A stretch of DNA of 64,000 bases from Heptranchias perlo. Taxonomy: Eukaryota. The translations under genes were made by a program, and so were the position numbers. Location: contig NW_027139581.1 of NCBI RefSeq assembly GCF_035084215.1, positions 2,294,001 to 2,358,000 on the forward strand, in the 5' to 3' direction. Below the pieces are notes generated by a model, which saw nothing but the letters and a program-made list of their open reading frames with translations, was not told the origin of the DNA and did no database searches. Numbering within the stretch: position 1 is the first letter of the stretch; each line of letters starts with the position of its first letter. This document shows positions 11,375 through 24,299 of this stretch, piece by piece.

Positions 11375-14300
11375 GTCAGTCAGGATATATTGGGACTGAT
11401 AATATAATGGTCAGTAAGGATACATGGGGGCTGATAATACAATGGTCAGTAAGGATACATGGGGACTGATAATACAATGGTCAGTTAGGGTACAGGGGGA
11501 CTGATAATACAATGGTCAGTAAGGATACATTTGGTGTGATAATGCAATGTCCTGTACGGATACATGTGGGTGACAACTGAATGTTCCTCAAGGATTCTTG
11601 AATGCAGATAATGCAATGATCAGTGAGGAAACACGGGGTTTGCTAATGCAATGGTCAGAAAGAACACATTTGTATGATAATGTAACGGTCAGCATGAACA
11701 CAGCGGAATGATAATACAGCAGTCAGGAAGAATACCTGGGGTTTATCCGACAATGGTCAGTAAGGATGCGTGGAGTGTGATACTGCCATGGTCAGTAACT
11801 GTAAATGGGGCAGATAATATAATGATCACTAATAATGTGTAGGGGTGATAATGCAACGGTCAGCACGGATACTTGAGATGTGATAATGCAATGGTCGATA
11901 AGGATACTTGGATGCAGATGATGCAATGGTCAATTATGATACATGGGGGTTATAATACAATGGGCAGTAAGGATACTTGGGGGCTGATAATATAATGGTC
12001 AGTAAGGAGAGATGGGATTGATAATACAATGGTCAGTAATTATACATGGGGTGTGATAATGCAATGGCAATAAGGATACATCGGTGGTAATAATACAATG
12101 ATCAGTAAAAATACACGGGGGTGATAACACAATGATCCATAATAATACACGGGGCTGATAATACACTATTCATTAAGGAAACATTGGGCCCTTAATTCAA
12201 TCGTCGGTTAGAATACATGGGATCTGACATTTACATGCTCATTTAGGATATTTTAGGCAAATAATGCAATGGTCAGTGAGGAGACATGGGGGCTGATAAT
12301 GGAGTGGTCTGTAAGAACACATGGTGGTGGTAATACAATGGTCAGTAAAGATAATTGGACACAGATATTACAATTGACAGTACGAATACATGCGAGTGAT
12401 AATGCAATGGTCAGTAAGAATACATGACGGTTCATAATACAATCGTCAGTCAGGATACATGGGATTGATAATACGGTGGTCAGTAAGTATACATGGGGGC
12501 CGATAATACAGTGGTCAGCAAGTATACATGGGGCCTGAAAATACATGGGGGCTGAAAATACAATGGCCAGTTAGTATACACGGGGGCCGATAATACAATG
12601 GTCAGTCAGTCAAGATGGGTGCTGATAATATAATGGTCAGTAAGTATACATGGGGTCTGATATTACAATGGTCAGTAAGGATACATGGGGGCTGATAATA
12701 TAATGGTCAGTAAGGATACATGGGGTCTGATAGTACAATGGTCAGTAAGGACACATAGGGGCTGATAATACAATGGTTTCTAAGGATGCATGGGGTCTGA
12801 TAATACGGTAGTTACTAAGGATGCATGGGGCCTGACAACACAATGGTCAGTAATTATACATGGGGGCTGATATTACAATGGTCAGTCAGGATACATGGAG
12901 ACTGATAATATAATGGTCAGTAAGTATACATGGAGTCTGGATTTACAATGGTCAGTAAGTATACATGGGGGCTGATAATAAAATGCTCAGTGACTATACA
13001 TGGGGTCTGATATTACAATGGTTAGTCAGGATACATGGGGGCTGATAATACAATGGTCAGTAAGGATACATGGGGTCTGATAATATACTGGTCAGGAAGT
13101 ATACATGGGGTCTGATAATACAATGGTCAGTAAGGATACATGGGGGCTGATAATACAATGGTCAGTATGGATACATGGGGTCTGATAATATACTGGTCAG
13201 GAAGTATACATGGGGTCTGATAATACAATGGTCAGTAAGGATACATGGGGGCTGATAATATACTGGTCAGGAAGTATACATGGGGTCTGATAATACAATG
13301 GTCAGTAAGGATACATGGGGGCTGATAATACAATGGTCAGTCACGATACATGGGGGCTGATAATACAATGGTCAGTCACGATACATGGGGGCTGATAATA
13401 CAATGGTCAGTAATGATACATGGGGGCTGATAATACAATGGTCAGTCACGATACATGAGGGCTGATAATACAATGGTCAGTATGGATACATGGGGTCTGA
13501 TAATATACTGGTCAGGAAGTATACATGGGGTCTGATAATACAATGGTCAGTAAGGATACATGGGGGCTGATAATACAATGGTCAGTCACGATACATGGGG
13601 GCTGATAATACAATGGTCAGTCACGATACATGAGGGCTGATAATACAATGGTCAGTATGGATACATGGGGTCTGATAATATACTGGTCAGGAAGTATACA
13701 AGTGGTCTGATAATACAATGGTCAGTAAGGATCCATGAGGGCTGATAATACAATGGTCAGTATGGATACATGGGGTCTGATAATATACTGGTCAGGAAGT
13801 ATACATGGGGTCTGATAATACAATGGTCAGTAAGTATACATGGGGTCTGATAATACAATGGTCAGTAAGGATACATCGGGGCTGATAATACAATGGTCAG
13901 TAAGTATACATGAGGGCTGATAATACAATATTTACCAAGGATACATGGGGGCTGATGGTTACAAAGGATGCATGTGGCCTGAAAATATAATGGTTACGAA
14001 GGATTCATGGGGCCTGATAATTCAATGGTCAGTAAGGATGCATGGGGCCTGATAATACAATGGTTACTGAGGATACATGGGGGCCGATAATAGTGGTCAG
14101 TGTGTAGACATGGGGGCCGATAATACAATGGTCAGTAATTATCCACGGGGAGTATTAATACAATGGTCAATAAGTATACAAGGGTGCTGACAATACAATG
14201 GCCAGTACGTATACATGGGGGCTGATAATAGAATGGCCAGTAAGTTTACACGGCGGCTGATAATTGAATGGTCAGTAAGTGTACACGGGGGCTGACAATA

Positions 14301-17070
14301 CAATGGCCAGTACGTATACATGGGGGCTGATAATACAATAGTCTTTAAGTACACATGGGAGTGATAATATAATGGTGAGTAAGGATACATGGGAGTGATG
14401 ATAGAATGGTCCGTACGTATACATGGCGGATGATAATAAAATGCTCAGTAAGTATACATGGCGGCTGATCATACAATGGTCAGTAAGTATACATGGGGGT
14501 TGATAATACAATGGTCTTTTAAGTATACATGGGGGCTGATAATACAATTGTCAGTAAGTACAAATGGGGGCTGATAATACAATGGTCAATAAGTATACGC
14601 GGCGGCTGATAATGCAATGGTCAGTAAGTGTACACGTGGACTGATAATACAATGGTCAGTAAGGATACATGGGAGTGATAATACAATGGTCAGTAAGTAT
14701 ACATGGGGACTGATAATACAATGGTCAGTAAGGATACATGGGAGTGACAATACAATGGTCAGTAAGTATACATGGGGTCTGATAACACAATGGTCAGTAA
14801 GGATACATCGGGGCTGATAATACAATGGTCAGTAAGTATACATGGGGTCTGATAACACAATGGTCAGTAAGGATACATCGGGGCTGATAATACAATGGTT
14901 TCTAAGGATGCATGGGGTCTGATAATACGGTAGTTACTAAGGATGCATGGGGCATGACAACACAATGGTCAGTAATTATACATGGGGGCTGATATTACAA
15001 TGGTCAGTCAGGATACATGGAGACTGATAATATAATGGTCAGTAAGTATACATGGAGTCTGGATTTACAATGGTCAGTAAGTATACATGGAGGCTGATAA
15101 TAAAATGCTCAGTGACTATACATGGGGTCTGATATTACAATGGTTAGTCAGGATACATGGGGGCTGATAATACAATGGTCAGTAAGGATACATGGGGTCT
15201 GATAATATACTGGTCAGGAAGTATACATGGGGTCTGATAATACAATGGTCAGTAAGGATACATGGGGGCTGATAATACAATGGTCAGTATGGATACATGG
15301 GGTCTGATAATATACTGGTCAGGAAGTATACATGGGGTCTGATAATACAATGGTCAGTAAGGATACATGGGGGCTGATAATATACTGGTCAGGAAGTATA
15401 CATGGGGTCTGATAATACAATGGTCAGTAAGGATACATGGGGGCTGATAATACAATGGTCAGTCACGATACATGGGGGCTGATAATACAATGGTCAGTCA
15501 CGATACATGGGGGCTGATAATACAATGGTCAGTAATGATACATGGGGGCTGATAATACAATGGTCAGTCACGATACATGAGGGCTGATAATACAATGGTC
15601 AGTATGGATACATGGGGTCTGATAATATACTGGTCAGGAAGTATACATGGGGTCTGATAATACAATGGTCAGTAAGGATACATGGGGGCTGATAATACAA
15701 TGGTCAGTCACGATACATGGGGGCTGATAATACAATGGTCAGTCACGATACATGAGGGCTGATAATACAATGGTCAGTATGGATACATGGGGTCTGATAA
15801 TATACTGGTCAGGAAGTATACATGGGGTCTGATAATACAATGGTCAGTAAGGATACATGAGGGCTGATAATACAATGGTCAGTATGGATACATGGGGTCT
15901 GATAATATACTGGTCAGGAAGTATACATGGGGTCTGATAATACAATGGTCAGTAAGTATACATGGGGTCTGATAATACAATGGTCAGTAAGGATACATCG
16001 GGGCTGATAATACAATGGTCAGTAAGTATACATGAGGGCTGATAATACAATATTTACCAAGGATACATGGGGGCTGATAATATAATGGTTACAAAGGATG
16101 CATGTGGCCTGAAAATATAATGGTTACGAAGGATTCATGGGGCCTGATAATTCAATGGTCAGTAAGGATGCATGGGGCCTGATAATACAATGGTTACTGA
16201 GGATACATGGGGGCCGATAATAGTGGTCAGTGTGTAGACATGGGGGCCGATAATACAATGGTCAGTAATTATCCACGGGGAGTATTAATACAATGGTCAA
16301 TAAGTATACAAGGGTGCTGACAATACAATGGCCAGTACGTATACATGGGGGCTGATAATAGAATGGCCAGTAAGTTTACACGGCGGCTGATAATTGAATG
16401 GTCAGTAAGTGTACACGGGGGCTGACAATACAATGGCCAGTACGTATACATGGGGGCTGATAATACAATAGTCTTTAAGTACACATGGGAGTGATAATAT
16501 AATGGTGAGTAAGGATACATGGGAGTGATGATAGAATGGTCCGTACGTATACATGGCGGATGATAATAAAATGCTCAGTAAGTATACATGGCGGCTGATC
16601 ATACAATGGTCAGTAAGTATACATGGGGGTTGATAATACAATGGTCTTTTAAGTATACATGGGGGCTGATAATACAATTGTCAGTAAGTACACATGGGGG
16701 CTGATAATACAATGGTCAATAAGTACACGCGGCGGCTGATAATGCAATGGTCAGTAAGTGTACACGTGGACTGATAATACAATGGTCAGTAAGGATACAT
16801 GGGAGTGATAATACAATGGTCAGTAAGTATACATGGGGGCTGATAATACAATGGTCAGTAAGTATACATGGGGTCTGATAACACAATGGTCAGTAAGGAT
16901 ACATCGGGGCTGATAATACAATGGTCAGTAAGTATACATGGGGTCTGATAACACAATGGTCAGTAAGGATACATCGGGGCTGATAATACAATGGTCAGTA
17001 AGTATACATGGAGTCTGATAATACAATGGTCAGTAAGTATACATGGAGTCTGATAATACAATGGTCAGTT
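11375..17070. repeat. 35-bp minisatellite (~160 copies) with a ~2.12-kb higher-order tandem duplication
   Basis: Unit GATAATACAATGGTCAGTAAGGATACATGGGGGCT. Units are degenerate at 11375-12600 and homogeneous to the right. Rare variants recur at offset 2122, then 2130. Confidence 0.97.
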
Positions 17071-17534
17071 AGGAAGCATGAGGCAGATCTTGCCAGAAAT
17101 TGTTCGGAGCGTCGAATCAAAGTTCACCGCCGCTCCTTCGATTTAAATTAACGAAATTCCTTCCGGCGGGCTCTTCGGCGTCGAATTGTTTGAACTGGAC
17201 CATGAATCCAATCCTGCTCTGTCCCCCGAGCCTCTGAGCAGCGTTCGTTGCCGCGGCTGGAAATGTCTGTGAGAGGAGAAGACACGCCCACAAAATCTGT
17301 CAGGAAGTGAAGTCACGCCCACAGCTCCAGCCTTCATTGCTCAAAGAGCTGAGCAGACTTCTCATTGAAAGTTAGTGTTCTTCATGCAATTGTAAATTCA
17401 AAATAAACTTTTTATAAAAAGCCGAATTTAAATGCATTTTTAAAAAGCAGTGGAAACTTAAATAAACAGTCTTTAAAAAGGAGTGTAAAATAAAATGAAC
17501 TGTTTTTGAAAAGGCTGTTTTTGCACTGAGAAAA

Positions 17535-18495
17535 ATGATGGAACAGCAAAAGATGAATGAGAAGAGGTGAAACAAATGTTGTGATGAAGACCTCTCCACA
17601 CTCCTCAATGAGGTTGAGGTGAGGCTTCGGCGGCTTCTGGGGAACGGAAGTCTCGGGCGGCACAGAAAGTTAGCGTGTTGGTGTGGAAGGAGGTGGCACA
17701 GGTTCTGAGCACTAACAGCATCGTGTCACGGAGAGCGGAACAGGGCCGCAAAAAATCAATGATTTAATGCAGTCGGCTAGGATGTATAGAGAGTTTTTGA
17801 AATTCAAAAGTTCAGATTTAATTGTGCTGAGTTTTCCTAATGCACAAACACAGGGTGTTTCTGGGTGGTGTGGTCAAGGTTCAATCCAATGGCAACTGGT
17901 CGTAAAACTCAGTTGCCATTGTGGACGGGCCTCACTAAATGCTTTTCGAGATCTTTTATCCCTACTCCAGAGATTTGAGGTGTTAAATTACAATTAGTGA
18001 ATTAGACCCTGTCTCCAAACCCCCAACTTATCTCTCTCACACAAACAAGCACAAACTGATTTTTATTGTTCAATGTCCTGTAGTGTAAAATGGCTTTTAA
18101 TAACCGTGAGAGGTCGAAGACCGGCGGCGGTTCAGCCTTTATGAGGGAGATGACCGAGCATGAAGAAAGGGCCACTCAGCTGCAGGGCAACACTTCCAGT
18201 TTAGTGTCTGGTGACCGATCAGACACTGGAGCGAGGAAAGGTGAGTTTCACATTCCTCTATTGGCCAGCTGCATGTTTAAAACCTGCGTGTTGTCTGAAG
18301 GATGGGAAAAGGAGATTCGAGTCTGACCATGCTCGTGCAGCGTGTGGGCGTCTGTGATGTGACCGATGAACATGCTTCACCAGTGGAACATTTTGTTCTT
18401 CCTTCCCACAGATGCACAGCCGTCTGAGGACACTCGGGCTGCAGAAGGTGGTGACTCGGCGGCTGCAGAGAGTGATGGTGTTTTTGCTGCAGAGG
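17535..18495 (+). pseudogene. Harbinger-transposon Myb/SANT-like DNA-binding gene relic (3 exons)
   Basis: Exon 1 (~17535-17781): KR*NKCCDEDLSTLLNEVEVR / WKEVAQVLS...RRAEQGRKK.NDL, with a stop, frameshifts and a lost donor. Exon 2 (18084-18240): CKMAFNNRERSKTGGG...TEHEERA with intact AG/GT. Exon 3 starts at 18412 in phase and is cut by a CR1 tail. The KTGGG and W..VA...R...Q.RKK motifs are typical of this family. Confidence 0.75.
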
Positions 18496-18615
18496 GAAAA
18501 AAAATCAGGGCTACGGGGGGGGCAGTGGGAATAACTGGAATGCTCTTGCATGGAGCCGGCACGGACCGAATGGCCGAATCGCCTCCTTCCGTGCTGTCAC
18601 CTTTCCATGTTTCTC
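18495..18615 (+). mobile_element. CR1 3' tail fragment
   Basis: CAGGGCTACGGGG...GGAGCCGGCACGGACCGAATGGCCGAATCGCCTCCTTCCGTGCTG, the same tail seen on other CR1 copies in the window. Confidence 0.75.
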
Positions 18616-18665
18616 TGATGCAAATTGAAGAAGATTTACAGTGAGCAGTATCAAAATGCAACAAC

Positions 18666-18748
18666 TACCAGGAGTGGGGTACGAACCCACGCGGGTATAA
18701 AGCCATGGGAGTTTCAGTCCAACGCTTTAACCACTCGGCCATCCTGGT
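18666..18748 (-). tRNA. tRNA-Leu(TAA)-type body with a GAA anticodon; probable pseudogene
   Basis: 83 nt: ACCAGGATGGCCGAGTGGTTAAAGCGTTGGACTGAAACTCCCATGGCTTTATACCCGCGTGGGTTCGTACCCCACTCCTGGTA. The acceptor stem is intact and there is a long variable arm. Loop CTGAAAC, T-loop TTCGTAC, and mismatches in the D and anticodon stems. Confidence 0.85.
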
Positions 18749-19460
18749 CGTTTCGCAGTTTGGCGTGGTGTGTAATATTCTTGAGTCTCACTGCTTCATT
18801 TTCATTGTCAGTCAAAGTCCAGGATGAAATGATGTGTGGAGCGGGGAAAGTGTGACAGAGAGAAACTCTGAAAAGCGTTGAAGAAGTGACACACACGCTC
18901 TGACACATGACACACACACACAAACACAGCCAGGTACACCTCCATGTGTGAGTGTGTGATGTGTCTGTCCGTGCGATCCGCGTCCGTGCCGGCTTCAATT
19001 TTTAATGAAATGACCCATTTGATGTCAGTTTGTTGAACTTTCCACGGGCCACTGTTGAAAGAAGACTCACCGTTCACATTTCCATCTCTCTGTTGGTTAA
19101 GATCCAGAATAAAGTGATGTGGGGTGCGAGGAAAAGAGTGATAAAGAGAGACACTCAGAAAGAGAGAGAGACACTGGGACAGAAAGAGACTCTCTCGGTC
19201 TGCTTGAGTCTGTGTCAGTCTCTCTCCCTCCATCTGTCCAATACCCGCAGATTTGAGACTCACAGGGTCAAAGAAGGAAACAGATTGGAACACATTGAGC
19301 CTGTGTCCTGTTTCAAAACCGACTCCCAGGAAAACAGCTCCGGTTGAATCGTTAAATGGTCCAGGTTTTTCCGGCGAGTTTGACCTCCTCCCTGAGATGG
19401 CGAGACACGGGGACGTGGGGCGATTAAAAGGCTTCGGAAAAATCATTTCCAATTGGATAT

Positions 19461-19517
19461 TCTCCATCGTGGTGAGATATCCCCCCTCAGCCAGGGATTT
19501 AGTTCCCCGACGGGGAG
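19461..19517 (+). pseudogene. Internally deleted tRNA-Asp relic
   Basis: GTGGTGAGATATCCCC...GTTCCCCGACGGGGAG matches the 5' and 3' parts of tRNA-Asp(GTC). Confidence 0.6.
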
Positions 19518-20051
19518 GAAGCATTTTTAAGACGCCAACTACAAATTTTACTTCTTTGCCTCGCTTCGTCTTCAAAAGCGACAGAGAAAAATAGAACAGA
19601 AAAAGAATGAAACAGGTGATTGTCACTTTCAGAATATTATTGAGCGGAGACTGTTTGGGGACTGAATTCTTGGGGCCCGTCTGTTGCAGAGCACAAATGT
19701 GTTCCGATCTGTTTCCTTCTTTGACCCTGTGATTCTCAGATCTGCGGGTATTAGAGAGAGAGAGGGGGAGAGACAAACATACAGAGAGAGAGAGATACAG
19801 AGAGAGAGAGAGGGAGAGAGACAAAGACTGATCCTGAGAGACACTTTGAAACATGAAGGTGGGGGGAGAGATTTAACGATTATTCCTGTGTGTGTAATAT
19901 ACCTGTTTGTGTGTGTGTCTCACTTTTTCCAACGTTCTCTCTTTCTCTCTCTGTCACTCTCTCCCGCGCTCCCCACATCACGTTATTCTGGACCTTGACG
20001 AACAGAGAGATGGAAATGTGAAAGGTCAGTCTTCTTTCAACAGTGGCCCGT

Positions 20052-20082
20052 GGAAACCAGGGTTCAATTTCCCGACCGGGAG
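20052..20082 (+). pseudogene. 3' half of a tRNA-Asp relic
   Basis: GGAAACCAGGGTTCAATTTCCCGACCGGGAG resembles the tRNA-Asp T arm and 3' acceptor strand. Confidence 0.55.
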
Positions 20083-20274
20083 GTTATTGTTTTTTTGCCT
20101 TTAAAAGCTTCACTTTCATTTCTCTTGCAATTTATCTCCAAGTGGAGGTTTACCAGAAAGATCCCGCATACAACAATGAAATGGATGGTCAGTCAATCTG
20201 CGTTTTGGTGGTGTTAGTTGAGGGAGGAAAGATAACTTCCTTAATAATGGATTCTAACATTTTCATTTTAGGCA

Positions 20275-20492
20275 CAGACACACACAGCCATGTACACAGG
20301 CAGACACTGATACACCGATAGATACTCACACACAAAGGTACACACACTGAGAGACAGACACACACAAAGGTACACAGACAGAGAGACAGACACACACAAA
20401 GGTACACAGACAGAGAGACAGACACACACAAAGGTACACAGACAGAGACAGACACACACAAAGGTACACACACACAGAGACAGACACACACG
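20275..20492. repeat. ~30-bp CA/GA-rich tandem repeat
   Basis: (AGAGAGACAGACACACACAAAGGTACACAG) repeated ~5 times. Confidence 0.9.
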
Positions 20493-20610
20493 TGTAGATT
20501 GAAACGCAGAGATGAAAGGTCATCAAATAAATGGATAAAATAGGTTCACTGAAATTTGAAGCGTGTCTAACGCCGTCTCTGGTGAGTGTCCTTTCTGTGG
20601 CCACGCCGGC

Positions 20611-20683
20611 TCCTCGTTAATACAGTGCTGAGTATCCCCGCCTGTCACTCGGGGGACCGCGGGTCAATTCGCCCGACGGGGAG
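20611..20683 (+). tRNA. tRNA-Asp(GTC), degenerate; probable pseudogene
   Basis: TCCTCGTTAATACAGTGCTGAGTATCCCCGCCTGTCACTCGGGGGACCGCGGGTCAATTCGCCCGACGGGGAG. Anticodon loop CTGTCAC. The D-loop GG and the T-loop/B box are mutated. Confidence 0.85.
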
Positions 20684-21074
20684 ATTATACATTTGCTGCT
20701 TTTAAATGGTTCGCATTCATTTCTCTTGCAGTTTTCTGAGTGCTTCTGTGTCCTTCCTTCTCTCTGTCACTCTTTCCTCATCCCCAACAGCATTTTAGTC
20801 AGGACTTTGACTGACAAAGTGATGAAAAATGACACAGAGCCGCAGAACTGGTCCAGTTGTCAGCCGTCGCTCAGTGGGCAGCACTCTCGGCAGCGAGCAC
20901 ACAATCTGCTGAAAGAAGGCTTGTCTTTCACATTTCAATCTCTTTGTCAGTAAAGATGAAATGATGTGGGGAGCGGGGGAAAGAGTGACAGAGGGAAAGA
21001 ACGATAGAGAGACACTCGGAAAAGCTTTGAAGAAGTGAGACACACACAGACAGACACATGAGACACACAGCCAT

Positions 21075-21935
21075 CATAGAATCTAAGAAAATTTGCGGCA
21101 CAGAAGGAGGCCATTCGGCCCATCGTGTCCACGCCATCTGAGAAACGAGCCACCAAGCCGAATCCAACCTTCCCGCATTTGGTCCGTTGCCCTGCAGTTC
21201 ACGGCTCTTCAGGTGCACATCCAGGTATTTTTGAAATGAGTTGAGGGTTTCTGCCTCTATCACCCTCTCAGGCAGTGAGTTCCAGATCCCCACCACATTC
21301 TGGGTGGAAATGTTTTCCACATTTCCGCTCTAATCCTTCTACCAATCACTTTAAATCTATGCCCCCTGGTTAATGAACCCTCCGTTAATGGAAATAAGTC
21401 CTTCCTATCCACTCTATCAAGGCCCCTCATAATTTTGTACACCTCAATCAAATCTCCCCTCAGCCTCCTCTGTTCCAAGGAAAACAACCCCAGCCCATCC
21501 AATCTGTCATCATAGCTAAAATTCTCCAGTCCTGGTAACATCCTTCTAAATCTCCTCTGCACCCTCTCTAATGTAGTTACATCCTTCCTGTAATGTGGTG
21601 ACCAGAACTCTGCGCAGTACTCAAGCTGTGGCCTAACTAGTGTTTTATACAGTTCCAGCATAACCTCCCTGCTTTTATATTCTATGCCTCCTCTAATAAA
21701 GGAAAGTATCCCGTATGCCTTCTTAACCACCTTATCTACCTGTCCTGCTACCTTCAGGGATCGGTGGACATGCACTTCAAAGTCCCTCAATTCCTCGACA
21801 CCTTTCAGTATCCTACCATTTATTGTGTATTCCCTTGCCTTGTTTGCCCTCCCCAATTGCATTAACTTTACACTTCCCTGGACTGAACTCCATTTGCCAC
21901 CTATTTGCCCACCTGACCAGTCCATTCATATCTTC
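21075..21935 (-). mobile_element. CR1 LINE 3' fragment
   Basis: ORF 21260-21925 (YKTLVRPQLEYCAEFWSPH..RRLRGDLIEVYKIM) plus the 3' tail. Confidence 0.92.
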
Positions 21936-21954
21936 CTGCTTTCGTTTTCCAAAA

Positions 21955-23420
21955 TTCACTGGATACAGGCGTATTGCCAGAGGATTGGAGGACTGCTAAT
22001 GTTGCACTGTTGTTTGAAAAGGGACCGAAAGATAGGCCAGTCATTCTCACCTCGTGGTGGGCAAATTATCGGAATCAATTCTGAAGGACAGGATAAACTG
22101 TCATTTAAAAGGACAGTCAAGGACAGTCAGCACGGATTTGTTAACGGGAGGTTGCGTCTGACTGACTTGATTGAATTTTTCGAGGAGGTGACCGGGAGGA
22201 TCGATGGGGGTAGCGCAATTGATGTAGTGTACATGGATTTTAGGATGGCTTTTGACAAGGTCCCACATGGCAGATTGGTCAAAAAAGTAAAGGCCCATGG
22301 GATCCAAGGGAATGTGGCAAATTGGATCCAAAATTGGCTCAGTTGCAGCGAGGAAAGGGTTAACGTCGACGGGTGTTTTTGTGACTAGAAGGCTGTTTCC
22401 AGTGGGGTGCCGCAGGGCTCCGGTATTAGGCTCTTTGCTTTTTCTTGTGCACATTAACGATTTGGACTTAAACGTAGGGGGCATGATTAAGAAATTTGCG
22501 GATGACACAAAGATATGCCGTGCGGTTGATAGTGAGGAAGAAAGCTATAGACTGCAGGAAGATATCAATGGACTGGTCAGATGGGCAGAAAAGTGGCAAA
22601 TGGAATTCAATCCGGTGAAGTGTGAGGTAATGCATTTGGAAAGGGCAAACAAGGCAAGGGAGTACACAATAAATAGGATGATACTGAGAGGTGCAGAGGA
22701 ATTGAGGGACCTTGGAGTGCATGTCCACAGATCTCTGAAGGTAGCAGGACAGGTGGATATGGTGGTTAAAAAGACATACGGAATGCTTCGCTTTATTAGC
22801 CGAGGCATAGAATGCAAAATCATGGATGTTATGTTAGAACTGTATAAAACACTAGTTAGGCCACAGCTTGAGTACTGCGCACAGTTCTGGTCACCAAATT
22901 ACAGGAAGGATGTAATTGCACGAGAGAGGGTGCAGAGGAGATTTAGTAGGATGTTGCCAGGATTGGAGAATTTTAGCTATGATGACAGATTGGATAGGCT
23001 GGGGTTGTTTTCCTTGGAAAAGAGGAGGCTGAGGGGTGATTTGATTGAGGTGTACAAAATTATGAGGGGCCGAGATAAAGTGGATAGGAAGGACCTATTT
23101 CCCTTGGCGGAGGCGTCAATAAGCAAGGAGCATAGATTTAAAGTGATTGGTATTACTTTTAGGATTAGAGTGGAAATGAGGGAAAAAAAGAATTCACCCA
23201 GAGGTTGGTGGGGGTCTCGAACTCACTGCCTGAAAGAGTTGTTTGAGGCAGAAACCCTTAACTCATTTCAACAATACCTGGATGTGCACCTGAAGAGCCG
23301 TGACCTGCAGGGCTACGGACCAAATGCGGGAAAGTGGGATTAGGCCGGGTGTCTCGGTTCTCAGCCAGCGCAGACAGGAAAGGCCGAATTGCCTCCTTCT
23401 GTGCCATAAATTTTCAATGC
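21955..23420 (+). mobile_element. CR1 LINE ORF2 RT to 3' end
   Basis: SQHGFV..LTDLIEFFEEVT..DVVYMDF..AFDKVPH, then INDLD..KFADDTK, then YKTLVRPQLEYC, then the 3' tail. Confidence 0.95.
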
Positions 23421-24299
23421 TTCGATAAACAATAAAATGTATTGAGATATTGAAGCAGACTGTAAATATTGTATTGGACATTGAAATTCCTCCAGAGCCG
23501 ATGAATGAGATGAAGTGGTAAAATAATGGGATAACACTGGAACATAACAGGGGGTTGAAATTAAAGTAAAGAGGGGCATAGATATTTGGATTTTCAATGT
23601 AAAGGATGAGGTTCCTTTGAGTTAACAATTAAATTGGGCTGGGGGGAAATAATACTCAGCAAAAAATTATCCATAAGGTGGATATTAGCAACAGGATAAC
23701 TGGAGAATCTTTAAAGTCCATGATTTCTTGATAATATGGCACACTTTAATTTCCTGTACAGGGTATTATGATTTTCTTTGTCTATATCATAATGTATAAT
23801 ATTAACCCAATGAAACTTGGAGCAATATGTACTTGTCTATCTGTGCTTATGTAAATCTGATGATGATAAAATATAAACTCAGGATGATCTTCGGCAGCCA
23901 AGGAGAAAGTTGAGGGTTAAAGTGAAAATTGAACCAGAGTGGTTTCACTCAGGTTCAAGAGGAGGGACTTTAAGAATATGGTTTAAAACTAGTTAAGTGT
24001 CCCACCTCGCATAGCTCGCATAGCGCCCGAGACATTTAGCAAGAGGGTGATGTTGAGGGGGGCATGGTTCAGCGTCTCAAGAGATGTGGGAACCAATGAC
24101 CTCCGCATTCCTCAGAGGAACAAATAGCTTGTAAACAGCGATAAAGGTTAATAACTACTCATATCGGAATCACGTGGAAGTAATTATTGGAGGATTAAAA
24201 ACCCCTTTGTTGCCACAGTAACAGAAAAATCTGCTAATATTGTGCATCATTTGTCGTTCGGGTTCTAATTATTTGTGGTGCATTGACCACATTAAACAG

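Noticed and set aside
11375-17070. 35-bp array as a CRISPR array or coding region
   Set aside because: Units are head-to-tail with no unique spacers, there are no cas genes, the context is vertebrate, and the unit length is not a multiple of 3.
1-17070. The large arrays as mammalian-style Ig switch regions
   Set aside because: They lie downstream of TM2 rather than upstream of a C exon, and the units lack AGCT repeats.
18808-19854. 348-aa ORF
   Set aside because: It runs through low-complexity GA/CT tracts and both arms of the inverted repeat, with no recognisable domain.
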